64,000 nt of DNA, from positions 1,959 through 65,958 of the forward strand of contig CAMJYM010000007.1 of the NCBI GenBank assembly GCA_946220865.1, in the 5' to 3' direction. Shown here in pieces: positions 30,487 to 40,455 of this stretch. This DNA comes from an uncultured Clostridia bacterium (GTDB lineage: Bacteria; Bacillota; Clostridia; Saccharofermentanales; DTU023). Under the pieces are notes generated by a model, which was not told the DNA's origin, did no database searches, and was given only the letters and a program-made list of their open reading frames with translations. A program made the translations under genes and the position numbers. Position 1 is the first letter of the stretch; the number at the start of each line of letters is the position of its first letter.

Positions 30487-31923
30487 ATGGGTGAATTTAT
30501 TCCTGCCAAGACGAGCGTCAGGTGGTCTTCAGCAGCTGCGCTCACAGACATCGCAGGCGCAGGCAGAGCAGGTATAGGCCCATGTATCACAGGCACAGGC
30601 GCAGTGAGCAGCAGTTCAGACACCGCCGGCGCAGATGCAGCGAATAGAGGCTCAGACAAGCTCCGTTGCAAGGCCCCTCGCCTGGGCATCCTGCACTGTG
30701 ATATGAATGCCTACTATGCTTCTGTCGAGCAAGTCCTGAACCCAGCCCTTAAAGGTCTGCCCATGGCCGTTTGCGGCTCGGTAGAGGACCGTCACGGAAT
30801 TGTGCTGGCCAAGTCACAGGAAGCTAAAATCCAGGGGGTCAAAACCGGCGAGACTATCTGGCAGGCGCAGAGCAAATGTCCCCAGCTCCACATCGTGCCT
30901 CCTCACTATGAAGCTTATGTGCATTATTCCAAACGGGCACGGGCCATTTACGCTGAGGTCAGCAATCAGGTCGAGCCCTTTGGCCTCGATGAATGCTGGC
31001 TGGATGTACGGGGAAGCCGCCAGCTCTTTGGCTCTCCCGAAGAGATCGCCGAGCTGCTGCGGCAGCGTATCAAGCGGGAACTGGGTCTGACTATTTCCGT
31101 GGGCGTCAGTATCAACAAGGTCTTTGCCAAACTCGGCAGCGACATGAAAAAACCTGATGCGGTCACCGTCCTGCTCAGCGAAGACATTCCCGACAAAGTC
31201 TGGAACTTGCCGGTCGAAGATCTTCTGGGCGTCGGCCCCGCAACCAAACGAAAGCTCAATCTCTGGGGCATCAGTACCATCGGTCAGCTCGCCCACGCCC
31301 CGGCAGAACTTCTGCAGCGCCGCCTCGGCATCAACGGCTATCGGCTCTGGCGCTGGGCTAACGGCTGGGATGACGGGCGCGTGCGTGTGCTGGGCGAGAG
31401 CGGACCCGTCAGGAGTATCGGGCACAGTCTTACCCTGCGTCACGATCTCGTCAGTAAAGAAAGCCTCTGGCCGGTTTTCCTGGCCCTTGCCCAGAATGTT
31501 GGTCTGCGTCTACGGAGCGGCGGTTTTCGTGCAGGTGGTGTGCAAATCAGCCTGCGCGACCAGAACTTCTTTCAGGAAGAATTTCAGACGCCGCTGCCCT
31601 ACCCCAGCCACAGCAGCGTGTATCTTGCACGCTGCGCCTATAAACTCTTCACCTGCATGAGTGAGATGCCGGTCCCCCTCAGAGCCGTGGGCATCCGTGC
31701 CATCCAGCTCATTCCCCTGGAACAGCCGCTGCAGCTGAACTTTTTTTCGGATGCCCGGGAGCTGGAGCGCCTGGAGAAAATTGAGGACTGTATTTACAAC
31801 CTGCGCGGGCGCTTTGGCGAAAAGAGCGTAAGCTGGGCTGTGCTTCAGCGCGACCTTGACTTTGCCGAACAAACCCCCGACGAAATCCATCCTCCGGGTC
31901 TGCCGGTCTTCGGGCCGAACTAA
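30487..31923 (+). CDS. dinB: DNA polymerase IV (Y-family) with an N-terminal low-complexity extension
   Basis: ILHCDMNAYYASVEQ and SVGVSINKVFAKLGSDMKKPD are Y-family motifs. The only RBS-backed start (GAGGAGG, ATG 30487) adds about 70 Gly/Ala/Ser-rich residues upstream of the catalytic core. Confidence 0.85.
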   Translation: MGEFIPAKTSVRWSSAAALTDIAGAGRAGIGPCITGTGAVSSSSDTAGADAANRGSDKLRCKAPRLGILHCDMNAYYASVEQVLNPALKGLPMAVCGSVEDRHGIVLAKSQEAKIQGVKTGETIWQAQSKCPQLHIVPPHYEAYVHYSKRARAIYAEVSNQVEPFGLDECWLDVRGSRQLFGSPEEIAELLRQRIKRELGLTISVGVSINKVFAKLGSDMKKPDAVTVLLSEDIPDKVWNLPVEDLLGVGPATKRKLNLWGISTIGQLAHAPAELLQRRLGINGYRLWRWANGWDDGRVRVLGESGPVRSIGHSLTLRHDLVSKESLWPVFLALAQNVGLRLRSGGFRAGGVQISLRDQNFFQEEFQTPLPYPSHSSVYLARCAYKLFTCMSEMPVPLRAVGIRAIQLIPLEQPLQLNFFSDARELERLEKIEDCIYNLRGRFGEKSVSWAVLQRDLDFAEQTPDEIHPPGLPVFGPN

Positions 31924-32078
31924 ATAACAAGGGCAAGAACGAAAGTAACGGCATCAGAGAATTTAACCGCAGCAGCGGTCTCAGAAAATTTGAGCTGAGC
32001 CGGAAGACTATGGCTTTTACAGACAGTGGTTTCACCCCTCGCCAAATCAGCGAACATGAGCCGAAACAGAGGCATCAA

Positions 32079-33125
32079 CTATTTTAGCCCCGTGCCGGAG
32101 CCTTTCGTCTCGCTGCTATTCACTTCAGCAGACTTGGTCTCAGCCGATTTCACTGCAGGAACAGGGGCTCCAGCCTTTTCTTCTTTCTTTTTCCGACGAC
32201 TGTCGGCACGCCGCTTAAAGCCAACAATCAGCAAAACGATGAAGATAAGGACAAGCAGAATCGGCCAGAATTCCACGATAAAGAGGAGCAGATCTTCCAG
32301 CCCGGATTTCAGGCCCGTCAACGAAGCCGCAAAAGCCTCGCTGAGGCGGCTGGAAAAAGAGGGATCCTGAGAGGCTACAGGACTCAGCAAAAAAACCTCT
32401 TCCAGCGAGATGGAAAAATCTGAGAAATTCACCCTCCCCTCGATCTCCCTCTGACTGGCCTCCATCTGGTCGATACGGCTCTGGCAGTCAATAATCTGCG
32501 ACTGAATGGCCATGATATCTTCCATACTCTCGGCTTTTTTATAGAGTTCATTGAAGGCGTCCAGTTTTTTCTTCTCTGAGACCAGGCGAAGCGCTGTATC
32601 GCTGTAGCTCTCTGTGAAATCCTGGCTATTAGAGGATGAGGAACGAAGCGTACCCACCTCAGCGGTCACAGCTTTTCGGAAAAACTCAGCCTTGTCCCTG
32701 GGGATTTTAATTTGGAAGAAAGCCGAGTGGAGATCCTTTTCTTTACTTGGCCGAACGCTGAGATTTGAAGAAGAAATATAGCCCTCATTTTCAGCGATCA
32801 GGCGATCAAGAGTCGCCACGTCCTTTTCGTAGTCGGTGCTCTCCAGTTGAAAGCTGTAAGTAAGCGCAATCATGCGGCCGGAATCGTGCCTGACAGAGTC
32901 CTTCTCCTCTGCTTCAAACGCTTCCAATGCGGGCGCAGGAGCTTCTGCGCGCTTGGCCTCGAATTCTGCGGGGAAAGCCACGGTCGGAACATTCCGCCTG
33001 ACACTTCCATTCATTTCGTCCGGCTGAAGCTCGCCGCTGGAGGGTTCAGAATTGGCCGCGCAGGCTGCAAAACAGGCACAGCAAAGCAGAAGGCTGAGCA
33101 AAATCCAGAGTACTTTCTTTTTCAT
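32079..33125 (-). CDS. DUF4349-like lipoprotein with a C-terminal membrane anchor
   Basis: Signal/lipobox LLLCCACFAAC, a coiled-coil middle, C-terminal TM helices and a basic tail. Family assignment is from memory of the architecture. Confidence 0.45.
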   Translation of the reverse strand: MKKKVLWILLSLLLCCACFAACAANSEPSSGELQPDEMNGSVRRNVPTVAFPAEFEAKRAEAPAPALEAFEAEEKDSVRHDSGRMIALTYSFQLESTDYEKDVATLDRLIAENEGYISSSNLSVRPSKEKDLHSAFFQIKIPRDKAEFFRKAVTAEVGTLRSSSSNSQDFTESYSDTALRLVSEKKKLDAFNELYKKAESMEDIMAIQSQIIDCQSRIDQMEASQREIEGRVNFSDFSISLEEVFLLSPVASQDPSFSSRLSEAFAASLTGLKSGLEDLLLFIVEFWPILLVLIFIVLLIVGFKRRADSRRKKKEEKAGAPVPAVKSAETKSAEVNSSETKGSGTGLK

Positions 33126-33233
33126 CGCGTGCTCCTTTCTCCGGTTTGCGCCGGACCCTTACAAAGATCATACGTGACAAAAAGCTTTTTTGTCACTGGC
33201 TAAGGCCATTCCAGCACGATAAAAGTTGCTTCT

Positions 33234-33370
33234 ATGATAAATTAAGTTCGGAAAGTAAAAACCGCTTGATGAATCCCCCGCAGGAGTGCCAGGAGAAAGT
33301 ATGATAAATTAAGTTTGGAAAGTAAAACCGCTTCTTTGAAAAATCCCAAGCAGGAGAACCAGGAGAAAGT
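33234..33370 (+). repeat. tandem duplication (2 units of about 67-70 bp) of the GH1 leader
   Basis: Unit 1 at 33234-33300 and unit 2 at 33301-33370 both begin ATGATAAATTAAGTT(C/T)GGAAAGTAAAA and end CCAGGAGAAAGT. The real GH1 ATG (33371) follows the second AGGAGAAAGT. Confidence 0.85.
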
Positions 33371-34660
33371 ATGCAGTCTGAAAAAGCAGCCCTGAAATTC
33401 GGTGTGGCCACCGCTTCCGCTCAGATCGAAGGCGGAGCAGTCGGTTCCAACTGGAACCATTATTCCGACGCCGGTAAAATCCGCGATCACAGCAATATCC
33501 GGAGAGCCACCGACCACTGGAATCGTTACGAAGAAGACATTGAGCTTTTAGATGAGCTGGGCATCCGCACTTACCGCATGAGCGTGGAGTGGGCCCGCAT
33601 AGAGCCTCAGGAGGGACAATGGAACCCCGAGGCCATCGCCCATTACCGCCGGGAAATTCAGCTCATGCGGGACAGGGGCATCGAAGTTCTGCTGACCCTC
33701 TATCACTTCAGCCATCCCCAGTGGTTCGAAGATCGCGGAGCTTTTGCATGAAAAGAAAACATCCCCATTTTCCTGCGTTTTGTCGAATATACGGTAGAAG
33801 CGCTCGGCGACCTGATTCCCGCCTACTGTACGCTCAACGAACCGAATGTCTACGCCGTCAACTGTTTTCTCTTTGGCGAGTGGCTGAACGAGGAGAAAAA
33901 ACTTTTTAAGACACTGCGAGTCATGAGTATCTTCGCCTCCATCCACCTGCTCAGCTATACAAAAATCCACGAAATTTATCGGCGTCACCAGTGGGGCGAG
34001 GTCAAGATCAGCCTGGCCCTGCACCTGCGCTGTTTCACCCCGGAAAAGGATAATTTTATCGACCGTGCAGGCGCCAAACTTTACGACCGACTCTTTCAAA
34101 GCGACTTTTTCCGCGCCATCACCAGCGGCCGCTTTCCCTTTCCTCTGCGAAATTTCAGCGGACTTAAAAGCGGCTGCTACCTGGACGCTATTGCCATCAA
34201 TTATTATTCAAGGGGCATGGTCCATGCTTTTCGCCACTACGATCAAAAGGGCGTGCCGCACAATGATCTGGGCTGGGAAATCTACCCTGAAGGCCTCATC
34301 CGCTCTGCCGAAAGCCTCTACAACATTTGTCCCCTGCCCATCATGATTACCGAAAACGGCTGCTGCGATCAGGACGACCGCTTCCGGCCCCGCTTCATCT
34401 ACGAGCACGTACGACTGCTCGAAGAGTCCGCCCTCCCCATCACCCACTATTATCACTGGTGTTTCGTCGATAATTTTGAATGGAAAGAAGGCGAGCGTCC
34501 CCGCTTCGGCCTCGTCGCCTGCGATTATGAAACGCAGAAGCGCAGCCTCAAGAAAAGTGCGCTGATGTATCGCGAGCTCATCCTCCAGGGCGGCACAAGC
34601 CAGGACATCTATGAAACCTACGTCCAGAGCTTAGAATATCCCATGGACGAGCCGGACTAA
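33371..34660 (+). pseudogene. GH1 beta-glucosidase/6-phospho-beta-glucosidase interrupted by one in-frame TGA
   Basis: ORFs 33371..33751 and 33923..34660 are in the same frame. Reading through the TGA at 33749-33751 gives a continuous 429-codon GH1 with TLNEP (acid/base) and ITENG (nucleophile) intact. Confidence 0.8.
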
Positions 34661-34665
34661 TTTTT

Positions 34666-34960
34666 GTGCAACGTAGCAACTAATGGATGGTTTTCCTTTG
34701 GTTTTTCTGATTTTTATGCAACTTAGCAACTAGTGGATGGGTCCGCGTGCAAGATTCAAAGTAGTGGATGGTTCGGCGTGCAAGTTCTCAAGTAATGGAT
34801 GGTTTTAGCCTTAGTTGGCTGAGGCTAACCATCCACTACTTGAATTTTTGTCCAAAATTCAGGAAATCCGAAATGAGAGCGGGGGCCAGCCGAGCTAAAC
34901 CGCGCCACGTCTCGTTGGCTCCCACGCTGCGTTCTCGCCCTCACCATGTCACGCGGCGCT
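34666..34960 (+). repeat. left inverted arm of the sugar cassette, built from reiterated 31-bp words
   Basis: Terminal 25-mer GTGCAACGTAGCAACTAATGGATGG (34666-34690), then 3 further degenerate units ending in TGGATGG, a long hairpin at 34788-34843 and a shared inner segment. Confidence 0.8.
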
Positions 34961-34968
34961 GCCCCGCG

Positions 34969-36330
34969 CTAATGGACGTTCAGTTCGCCTTTTTGCTCCA
35001 GCTCACGGACAATTTTGCTGTAATAGTCTTCACTGATAATGTACTTCCGGCGATAGATCCAGTAACCCAGCAAAATGAAGACCAGCGGCAGGACGAGCAT
35101 AAAAATCTTGATGGTCAGCTTTCCGCTCGCATCGAGGACTTCAGCAGCAGTGTCCCCTGCCTTAACTCCCGAAAGCAGCAGGCAGAAACTGGTCAGGCCC
35201 ATGGCTACAGCGCCGCCGATTTTATTGATGAGGGGCTGGACGGAGAAAGTGATGCTCTCGTTGCGTTTGCCCAGCTTGAGCTGGCCATATTCCACGGTAT
35301 CCGCCAAAAACATTAACATCAGAAGCTGAATGAAAGCCTGGCCGACAAAGAGGAAAAGGGCGGCTAGGCTGATTAAGCCGAGGCTGCTGTCTGCGAAGAA
35401 AAAAATGGCGTAGCCCACGAGCACAAGGCCCGTTGCCAGCGCGTAAAAGCTGCGACGATTGAGGCGTTTTGATATGAGGGGAAAAATCGTGAGCGAGCTG
35501 AGCTGTGCGACGCCCACAACCGCACCGAGCACCGGATACATGTCCGCGTTCCCGAAAACATATTGCATAAAATAGATGGAAAGGGTTGTCGTGCTCATAT
35601 AACCAATCGTAAAGAGAGACATCGAAAGGGTCGTCCAGAGCAGCTGATCGTTGGCGGTCAGCACGTGCCAGAGTCCAGCCAGACTGGTCTTTTCCTGCTC
35701 GTGGGTCTGGACTTTTTCGCGCACGCCGAAGATCGTAAAAAGCTGGAAAAACAACATCGCAAGGGTGCAGCCAAGTGCAATCTGGAACCAGGCCCGGCTG
35801 TCGCCCCCCAGGGCTTTGCTCAGCGGCTGCCAGCCGACCATGATGGCAAACATCCCGAGATTCGCACAGATACGGGCAAAAGCCCCCATCTTCTCGCGCA
35901 CTTTCTGATCGACACTGAGCGAAGGCAGCATGGACCAGTAGGCAATATCATTGAGGCCGTAAAAGATATCCCAGATCAGGTAAGCCAGCACAAAGACAAA
36001 CACAAAGCGGGAATCACGGAAACCAAAATCCGTAAAGAAAAACATATAGCTCACGCCCCCGACCAGAGCGCCGATCAGCATGGGCGGCTTGAATTTTCCT
36101 CTCTTCCAGCGGCCATTGTCGACGATGAGACCCATCAGCGGGTCATTGAGGGCATCGAAAACACGCAGAATCGTATAAATGAGACTGGTCGTGACAAAAA
36201 GGGCTTTGGGCAGATCCAGGACATTCGACAGATAATAGATCAGCGCATTTGCTTCGAGAGCGTAGAACATATCACGCCCGATGGTCCCGAGTCCGAAATA
36301 AATCATGTTTTTCCGGTCTTCGTGCTTCAT
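34969..36330 (-). CDS. glycoside-pentoside-hexuronide (GPH) family cation symporter, MelB-like
   Basis: 453-aa, 12-TM MFS/GPH-type protein (YFGLGTIGRDMFYA, DALNDPLMGLIVD). Confidence 0.85.
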   Translation of the reverse strand: MKHEDRKNMIYFGLGTIGRDMFYALEANALIYYLSNVLDLPKALFVTTSLIYTILRVFDALNDPLMGLIVDNGRWKRGKFKPPMLIGALVGGVSYMFFFTDFGFRDSRFVFVFVLAYLIWDIFYGLNDIAYWSMLPSLSVDQKVREKMGAFARICANLGMFAIMVGWQPLSKALGGDSRAWFQIALGCTLAMLFFQLFTIFGVREKVQTHEQEKTSLAGLWHVLTANDQLLWTTLSMSLFTIGYMSTTTLSIYFMQYVFGNADMYPVLGAVVGVAQLSSLTIFPLISKRLNRRSFYALATGLVLVGYAIFFFADSSLGLISLAALFLFVGQAFIQLLMLMFLADTVEYGQLKLGKRNESITFSVQPLINKIGGAVAMGLTSFCLLLSGVKAGDTAAEVLDASGKLTIKIFMLVLPLVFILLGYWIYRRKYIISEDYYSKIVRELEQKGELNVH

Positions 36331-38684
36331 TTTTCTTCACCACTTTCCTCTTGATAGTCTTCGGCCTGGAGCAGATAGAGCTGTGAGCCAAAATCACCCC
36401 AGAGCCGCAGATCTTTATGATAACCTGTGCCGATAAACTGATTGTTCAGGCAAATGCCCGCCGCCAGTGCCGCGCCGCTGGCCTGAACAGAAAAAGCTCC
36501 ATCATCCAGACTGTATCTGGCGTCGATCAGGGCAAAAAGCGGACTGCGCGCTTTGATTTTGATGGGCAGGGCATGTTTGATCAGATGCCCGAAGCGGCGA
36601 AGCGCCAGCTTCTGCGGCACGGTTTTCAGCTGATAGCGTACTTCAGGCAGAAGGCCCTTCAGACAAAGCATATCATTGCTCTCAGCCGCCCGGGCAAGGG
36701 CCTGAGCCAGCAGCGCCACAGCTTTTTGACCAGACTCATCCACACAGAGCCACTGATACTTGTTGGCTTTAAAGCTCTCGCCCCGATAAAATTTGCCAAA
36801 TTGGAAAAGCCGCCGGTACTGTTTGTAAAAAGCCAGCTGCTGTTCGACTTCCTTCGCTTCTTCTTTGCTCAGTTCGCCGGGATCCAGCTCGTAGCCAAGC
36901 AGACCAAAAGCGGCCACATTGAAACGGGTGCTGAGGGGCGTGTCACGCAGGGTCTGCTGATGCGGGGCCAGCGAGACATGCGCCCCCATGCTGGAGAGTG
37001 GATAAAAAAGCGAAAGTCCACTTTGAATACGCAGCCGTTCAATCGGGTCAGTGTTGTCGGAAGCCCAGATCTGCGGCGAAAAAGCCAGCATGCCGAGGTC
37101 AAAGCGATTGCCCCCGGAAGAACAGCTCTCCAGCAAGATCTGCGGCCGCGGCCCGAAAATGCGATCCAGAATCTCGTAGAGGCCTAGGATATAGCGATGA
37201 CAGAACTCCCCGGCCAAGCAGCCAGGCGAATAAAATTCGCTCATGTGCCGGTTCATATCCCATTTGACATAGTCAATTTCGGCGCTGTCCAGAAGCTCTG
37301 AGACTTCCTTCACAATGTAGTCGCGAACCTCCGGGCGAGTCAGATCCAGCAAAAACTGGTGCCGCGAGGTCAGCGGCTTAAGCCCGGGCGCGGAAATAGC
37401 GTAATCCGGATGGGCCCGATAGAGCTCGCTGTCCGGGTTGACCGACTCCGGCTCCAGCCAGAGTCCGAAGCTGAGGCCCATCTCATGAATGCGGCGGGCC
37501 AGAGCCGGGAGACCGGAAGGAAGTTTTCCGGAATTAACCGTGTAATCTCCCAGACCGGCGCGGTCGTTGTCTCTCGCAGCAAACCAGCCATCGTCCAGCA
37601 CAAAGAGCTCCACACCAAGTTTGCGCCCCTGTTCGGCCAGCTTCAGCAGTGTATTCTCGGTAAAGTCAAAATTCAGAGCCTCCCAGCTGTTCAGGAGAAG
37701 CGGGCGCTCTTTCATCCTCCAGGGACCGCGGACGATGTGCTCGTTGACAAAGCGATGAAAATTCTGGCTCAAGCCGTTCAGGCCCTGATCTGAAAAACTG
37801 AGGATCGCTTCGGGTGTCTCAAAAGTCGCTCCCTGGTCCAGATACCAATGAAAGGACTGGGGATTGATCCCGCCCGCCACCCGAACAAGCTCGTGTGAAC
37901 TTAATTCAAGCAGCGTGAAATGGTTGCCACTGTATATAAGGTTGAAGCCATAGACAAAGCCCTGATCCTCGTTTGCCCCTGCTTCGGCCAGAATCACCCC
38001 AGGATTCTGACGATTCGAAGAGTCCCCGGTAGTGCTCTGATTGATCAGAAGGCCCTGAACAAGCGGCTGTTCGGTTCTTTCCGCTTCCCGGATCCAATCG
38101 CCCGTCAGGCTGAGCATACGAAAGTTGCGATTGGGCAGATCCAGGAGAAAGCTCAGAAAACGGTGCAGAGTTACCGCTTCTTTTCCCTGATTCAATAAGA
38201 CAGCCCGCCGGCTGATCACATTGGTCTCCGGATAAACGGTGTAGATCAACTGCAGACGCAGCGGATGTGCCTGCTCCTGCAGGGTCAGGGTCAGCGTCTG
38301 TACCCGGGAAGAATCCCCTGCTGTTGCGGTGGGCAGGCCCTGCATCGGCTTGACGCCATCACACAAGTCGTAGTCAACAAAGAGAAAATCATGGCTCAAA
38401 CTGCCATCGGCAAAACACAGTTCCAGGGGCGGCTGACGATAATCTCCCCGCCCGACGCCCGACCAGTTCAGGGGCAGATTGTCGAGGGAAAATTCGCTTT
38501 CCTCATCCCACATGACCTGAGAGCCATAGGGCATCGTCCGACGATAACGCAGAGCCGCAGCATCTTCGGTCTGCACTCTGGGGCCATAGTAAATCTGTTC
38601 CAGATGGCCAAAATCCCCCACGCAGAAAAGATAGGAGCTGGCGTCTGTCTGCAGATGGAAAAGCTTGTCCCTGACTTCAATCAT
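36327..38684 (-). CDS. alpha-galactosidase, GH36
   Basis: 785 aa with DYVKWDMNR and CSSGGNRFD motifs and an AgaA/RafA-type N-terminus. Overlaps neighbouring genes at both ends. Confidence 0.9.
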   Translation of the reverse strand: MIEVRDKLFHLQTDASSYLFCVGDFGHLEQIYYGPRVQTEDAAALRYRRTMPYGSQVMWDEESEFSLDNLPLNWSGVGRGDYRQPPLELCFADGSLSHDFLFVDYDLCDGVKPMQGLPTATAGDSSRVQTLTLTLQEQAHPLRLQLIYTVYPETNVISRRAVLLNQGKEAVTLHRFLSFLLDLPNRNFRMLSLTGDWIREAERTEQPLVQGLLINQSTTGDSSNRQNPGVILAEAGANEDQGFVYGFNLIYSGNHFTLLELSSHELVRVAGGINPQSFHWYLDQGATFETPEAILSFSDQGLNGLSQNFHRFVNEHIVRGPWRMKERPLLLNSWEALNFDFTENTLLKLAEQGRKLGVELFVLDDGWFAARDNDRAGLGDYTVNSGKLPSGLPALARRIHEMGLSFGLWLEPESVNPDSELYRAHPDYAISAPGLKPLTSRHQFLLDLTRPEVRDYIVKEVSELLDSAEIDYVKWDMNRHMSEFYSPGCLAGEFCHRYILGLYEILDRIFGPRPQILLESCSSGGNRFDLGMLAFSPQIWASDNTDPIERLRIQSGLSLFYPLSSMGAHVSLAPHQQTLRDTPLSTRFNVAAFGLLGYELDPGELSKEEAKEVEQQLAFYKQYRRLFQFGKFYRGESFKANKYQWLCVDESGQKAVALLAQALARAAESNDMLCLKGLLPEVRYQLKTVPQKLALRRFGHLIKHALPIKIKARSPLFALIDARYSLDDGAFSVQASGAALAAGICLNNQFIGTGYHKDLRLWGDFGSQLYLLQAEDYQEESGEEK

Positions 38685-40455
38685 GGCATTCTTCCTCCTG
38701 CCTGGCCGTTCTGACCAAAGGAGCTCTTGTTTCCGCCTTCACCTCTGCGAAGTGGCTTGCTCGATCGCTGTCTTTTCCAGTCAACGGAGCTATTGCGTCC
38801 ACCTCCGGCTCGGCAGATGAAAAGCTTTTCTCTTCGCTCGTCGCCCGCATCAAAGCCGCCTCATAAGGCCGAAGCTTGCCCTGCTGGAGCGGTCCCGGGT
38901 AGTTGTGAAAGAGCAGTTCTCCGGAAAAACGGGGGCAGCAGACTTCTCTGGCACTCAGGTTGAGGACGGCCAGCAGCTTCTCCCCACCCTTTTCGCGGGC
39001 AAAGGCAAGGACCGGTCCTTTCTGGAAAAGCTCCCGGTAACTGCCGGTCTGCAGCGTATCACTCGTCTGGCGAAAACGCAGAAAAGCCTTGTAAAAATGC
39101 AGAATCGAATCCTGCTCCTCTTCTTCTGCAGCTACATTAACGCTGGGATATTGGCCGTTCACTTTCAGCCAGGGCGTACCTGTCGTAAATCCCGCTTCCG
39201 CTGAAGCATCCCACTGCATGGGCGTGCGTGCGTTATCGCGGCTCTTCAGACGTATCATCTTCCAACGCCAGGCTTTGGGGAAATGGAGTTTCTTCGTGAG
39301 TTTCCAGATATTGAGCGACTCGACATCCCTGACTTCCTCGATCGTGCGAAAATCAAAGTTGCTCATGCCAATTTCCTGCCCCTGGTAAATAAAAGGAGTC
39401 CCTCTCAGAGAGAGAAGCAGGAGAGCCAGCGCTTTGCCACTTTCTTTGCGGTAACGCTTCTCATCTCCAAAACGGGGGATGGAGCGGGGCTGATCGTGAT
39501 TTTCGAAATAATTGGCATTCCAGTCCAACTCTTTTTGCCAGCGGCTCAGTGTCCTGAGAAAACGCTGCGGCGAAAAACGCCGCAAAAACCATTTCACACC
39601 AAAACAATCCGTCTCCATATGGTCGAAGGCAAAGACCGCATTCAGCTCACCCCTCTCAGGAAGGGTCAGATCGGCCGCCTTTTTCGGCGTCACAAAGACC
39701 GTCTCCCCCACGGTAAAGCAGTCGTAACGGCTGAAAACCTCTGTGTGAAAGCGCTGCAGGAGACGATGCAGACCGGGTGTCGACAAATAGTGCTCGCAAC
39801 CCGTCAGCGCGGGACGCCAGCGCCCATTCTCCAATGATTCCTTATAAAGAATGTTGATAACATCGCAGCGAAAGCCATCCACCCCACGCTCCAGCCAGAA
39901 GCGCATGACATCCTGAACGGCCTCGATAACTGCTTCATTGTGGTAATTGAGATCGGGCTGTTCCCGGGCAAAAAGATGGAGATAATACTCCCCGCGCAGC
40001 TCGTCAAAAGTCCAGACATCCCCGCCGAAAAAGCTGCCCCAGTTATTGGGTTTGCGTCCCTTTTCGCCCTTACGCCAGATATAGAAATCCGTATAGGGTT
40101 CAATCCTCTGCCGGCTCTTCTGAAACCATTCATGCTGATCTGAAGTGTGATTGATCACCAGATCCATGATGATTTTAATATCACGACGATGAGCTTCCGA
40201 AATGAGTTCGTCCATCTGCTCCAGCGTCCCAAAGTGCGGATGAATATCGCAATAATCGCTGATATCGTAACCGTTATCCACATCCGGCGAAGGATAAAGA
40301 GGCGAAAGCCAGAGCACGCCTACACCCAGGTCTTTTAAATAATCAAGGCGCGAGAGGATGCCGCCGATATCTCCTAAGCCATCGCCATTGCTGTCACAAA
40401 AACTTCGCGGATAAATTTGATAGACAACCCTTTGTCTCCACCACTCCGACTCCAT
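38677..40455 (-). CDS. GH13 alpha-glucosidase / oligo-1,6-glucosidase-like
   Basis: QIYPRSFCDSNGDGLGD, GVDGFRCDVI and ENHDQPR motifs, plus a C-terminal extension of roughly 50-60 aa. Confidence 0.9.
   Translation of the reverse strand: MESEWWRQRVVYQIYPRSFCDSNGDGLGDIGGILSRLDYLKDLGVGVLWLSPLYPSPDVDNGYDISDYCDIHPHFGTLEQMDELISEAHRRDIKIIMDLVINHTSDQHEWFQKSRQRIEPYTDFYIWRKGEKGRKPNNWGSFFGGDVWTFDELRGEYYLHLFAREQPDLNYHNEAVIEAVQDVMRFWLERGVDGFRCDVINILYKESLENGRWRPALTGCEHYLSTPGLHRLLQRFHTEVFSRYDCFTVGETVFVTPKKAADLTLPERGELNAVFAFDHMETDCFGVKWFLRRFSPQRFLRTLSRWQKELDWNANYFENHDQPRSIPRFGDEKRYRKESGKALALLLLSLRGTPFIYQGQEIGMSNFDFRTIEEVRDVESLNIWKLTKKLHFPKAWRWKMIRLKSRDNARTPMQWDASAEAGFTTGTPWLKVNGQYPSVNVAAEEEEQDSILHFYKAFLRFRQTSDTLQTGSYRELFQKGPVLAFAREKGGEKLLAVLNLSAREVCCPRFSGELLFHNYPGPLQQGKLRPYEAALMRATSEEKSFSSAEPEVDAIAPLTGKDSDRASHFAEVKAETRAPLVRTARQEEECHD

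Noticed and set aside
30378-30689. A minus-strand 103-aa ORF overlapping the dinB 5-prime region.
   Set aside because: It has no RBS and a proline/alanine-rich shadow-frame composition. The plus-strand frame is continuous with the DinB catalytic core and has a strong RBS.
33749-33751. The in-frame TGA in GH1 as evidence for an alternative genetic code (TGA as Trp or Gly) or selenocysteine.
   Set aside because: TGA clearly terminates other well-defined genes in the window, for example the ATPase at 24954-24956 and the DUF4276-like gene at 24125-24127. All other genes read normally in code 11. No obvious SECIS-like hairpin follows, and GH1 enzymes are not selenoproteins.
34666-34800. The 31-bp reiterated words, and the 32-bp triplet at 54788-54883, as CRISPR arrays.
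   Set aside because: The units are directly abutting or separated by conserved sequence rather than unique spacers. The copies are degenerate and no cas genes are present.
34768-35316. ORFs running through the cassette arms (34768..35316 plus strand and 40617..40826 minus strand) that encode similar peptides (RASSQVMDGFSLSWLRLTIHYLNF vs RASSQGVDGLGLSFPRLTVHTLKI).
   Set aside because: The peptide similarity is a by-product of the nucleotide repeat. The left ORF continues antisense into the GPH gene. No RBS or known family supports coding.
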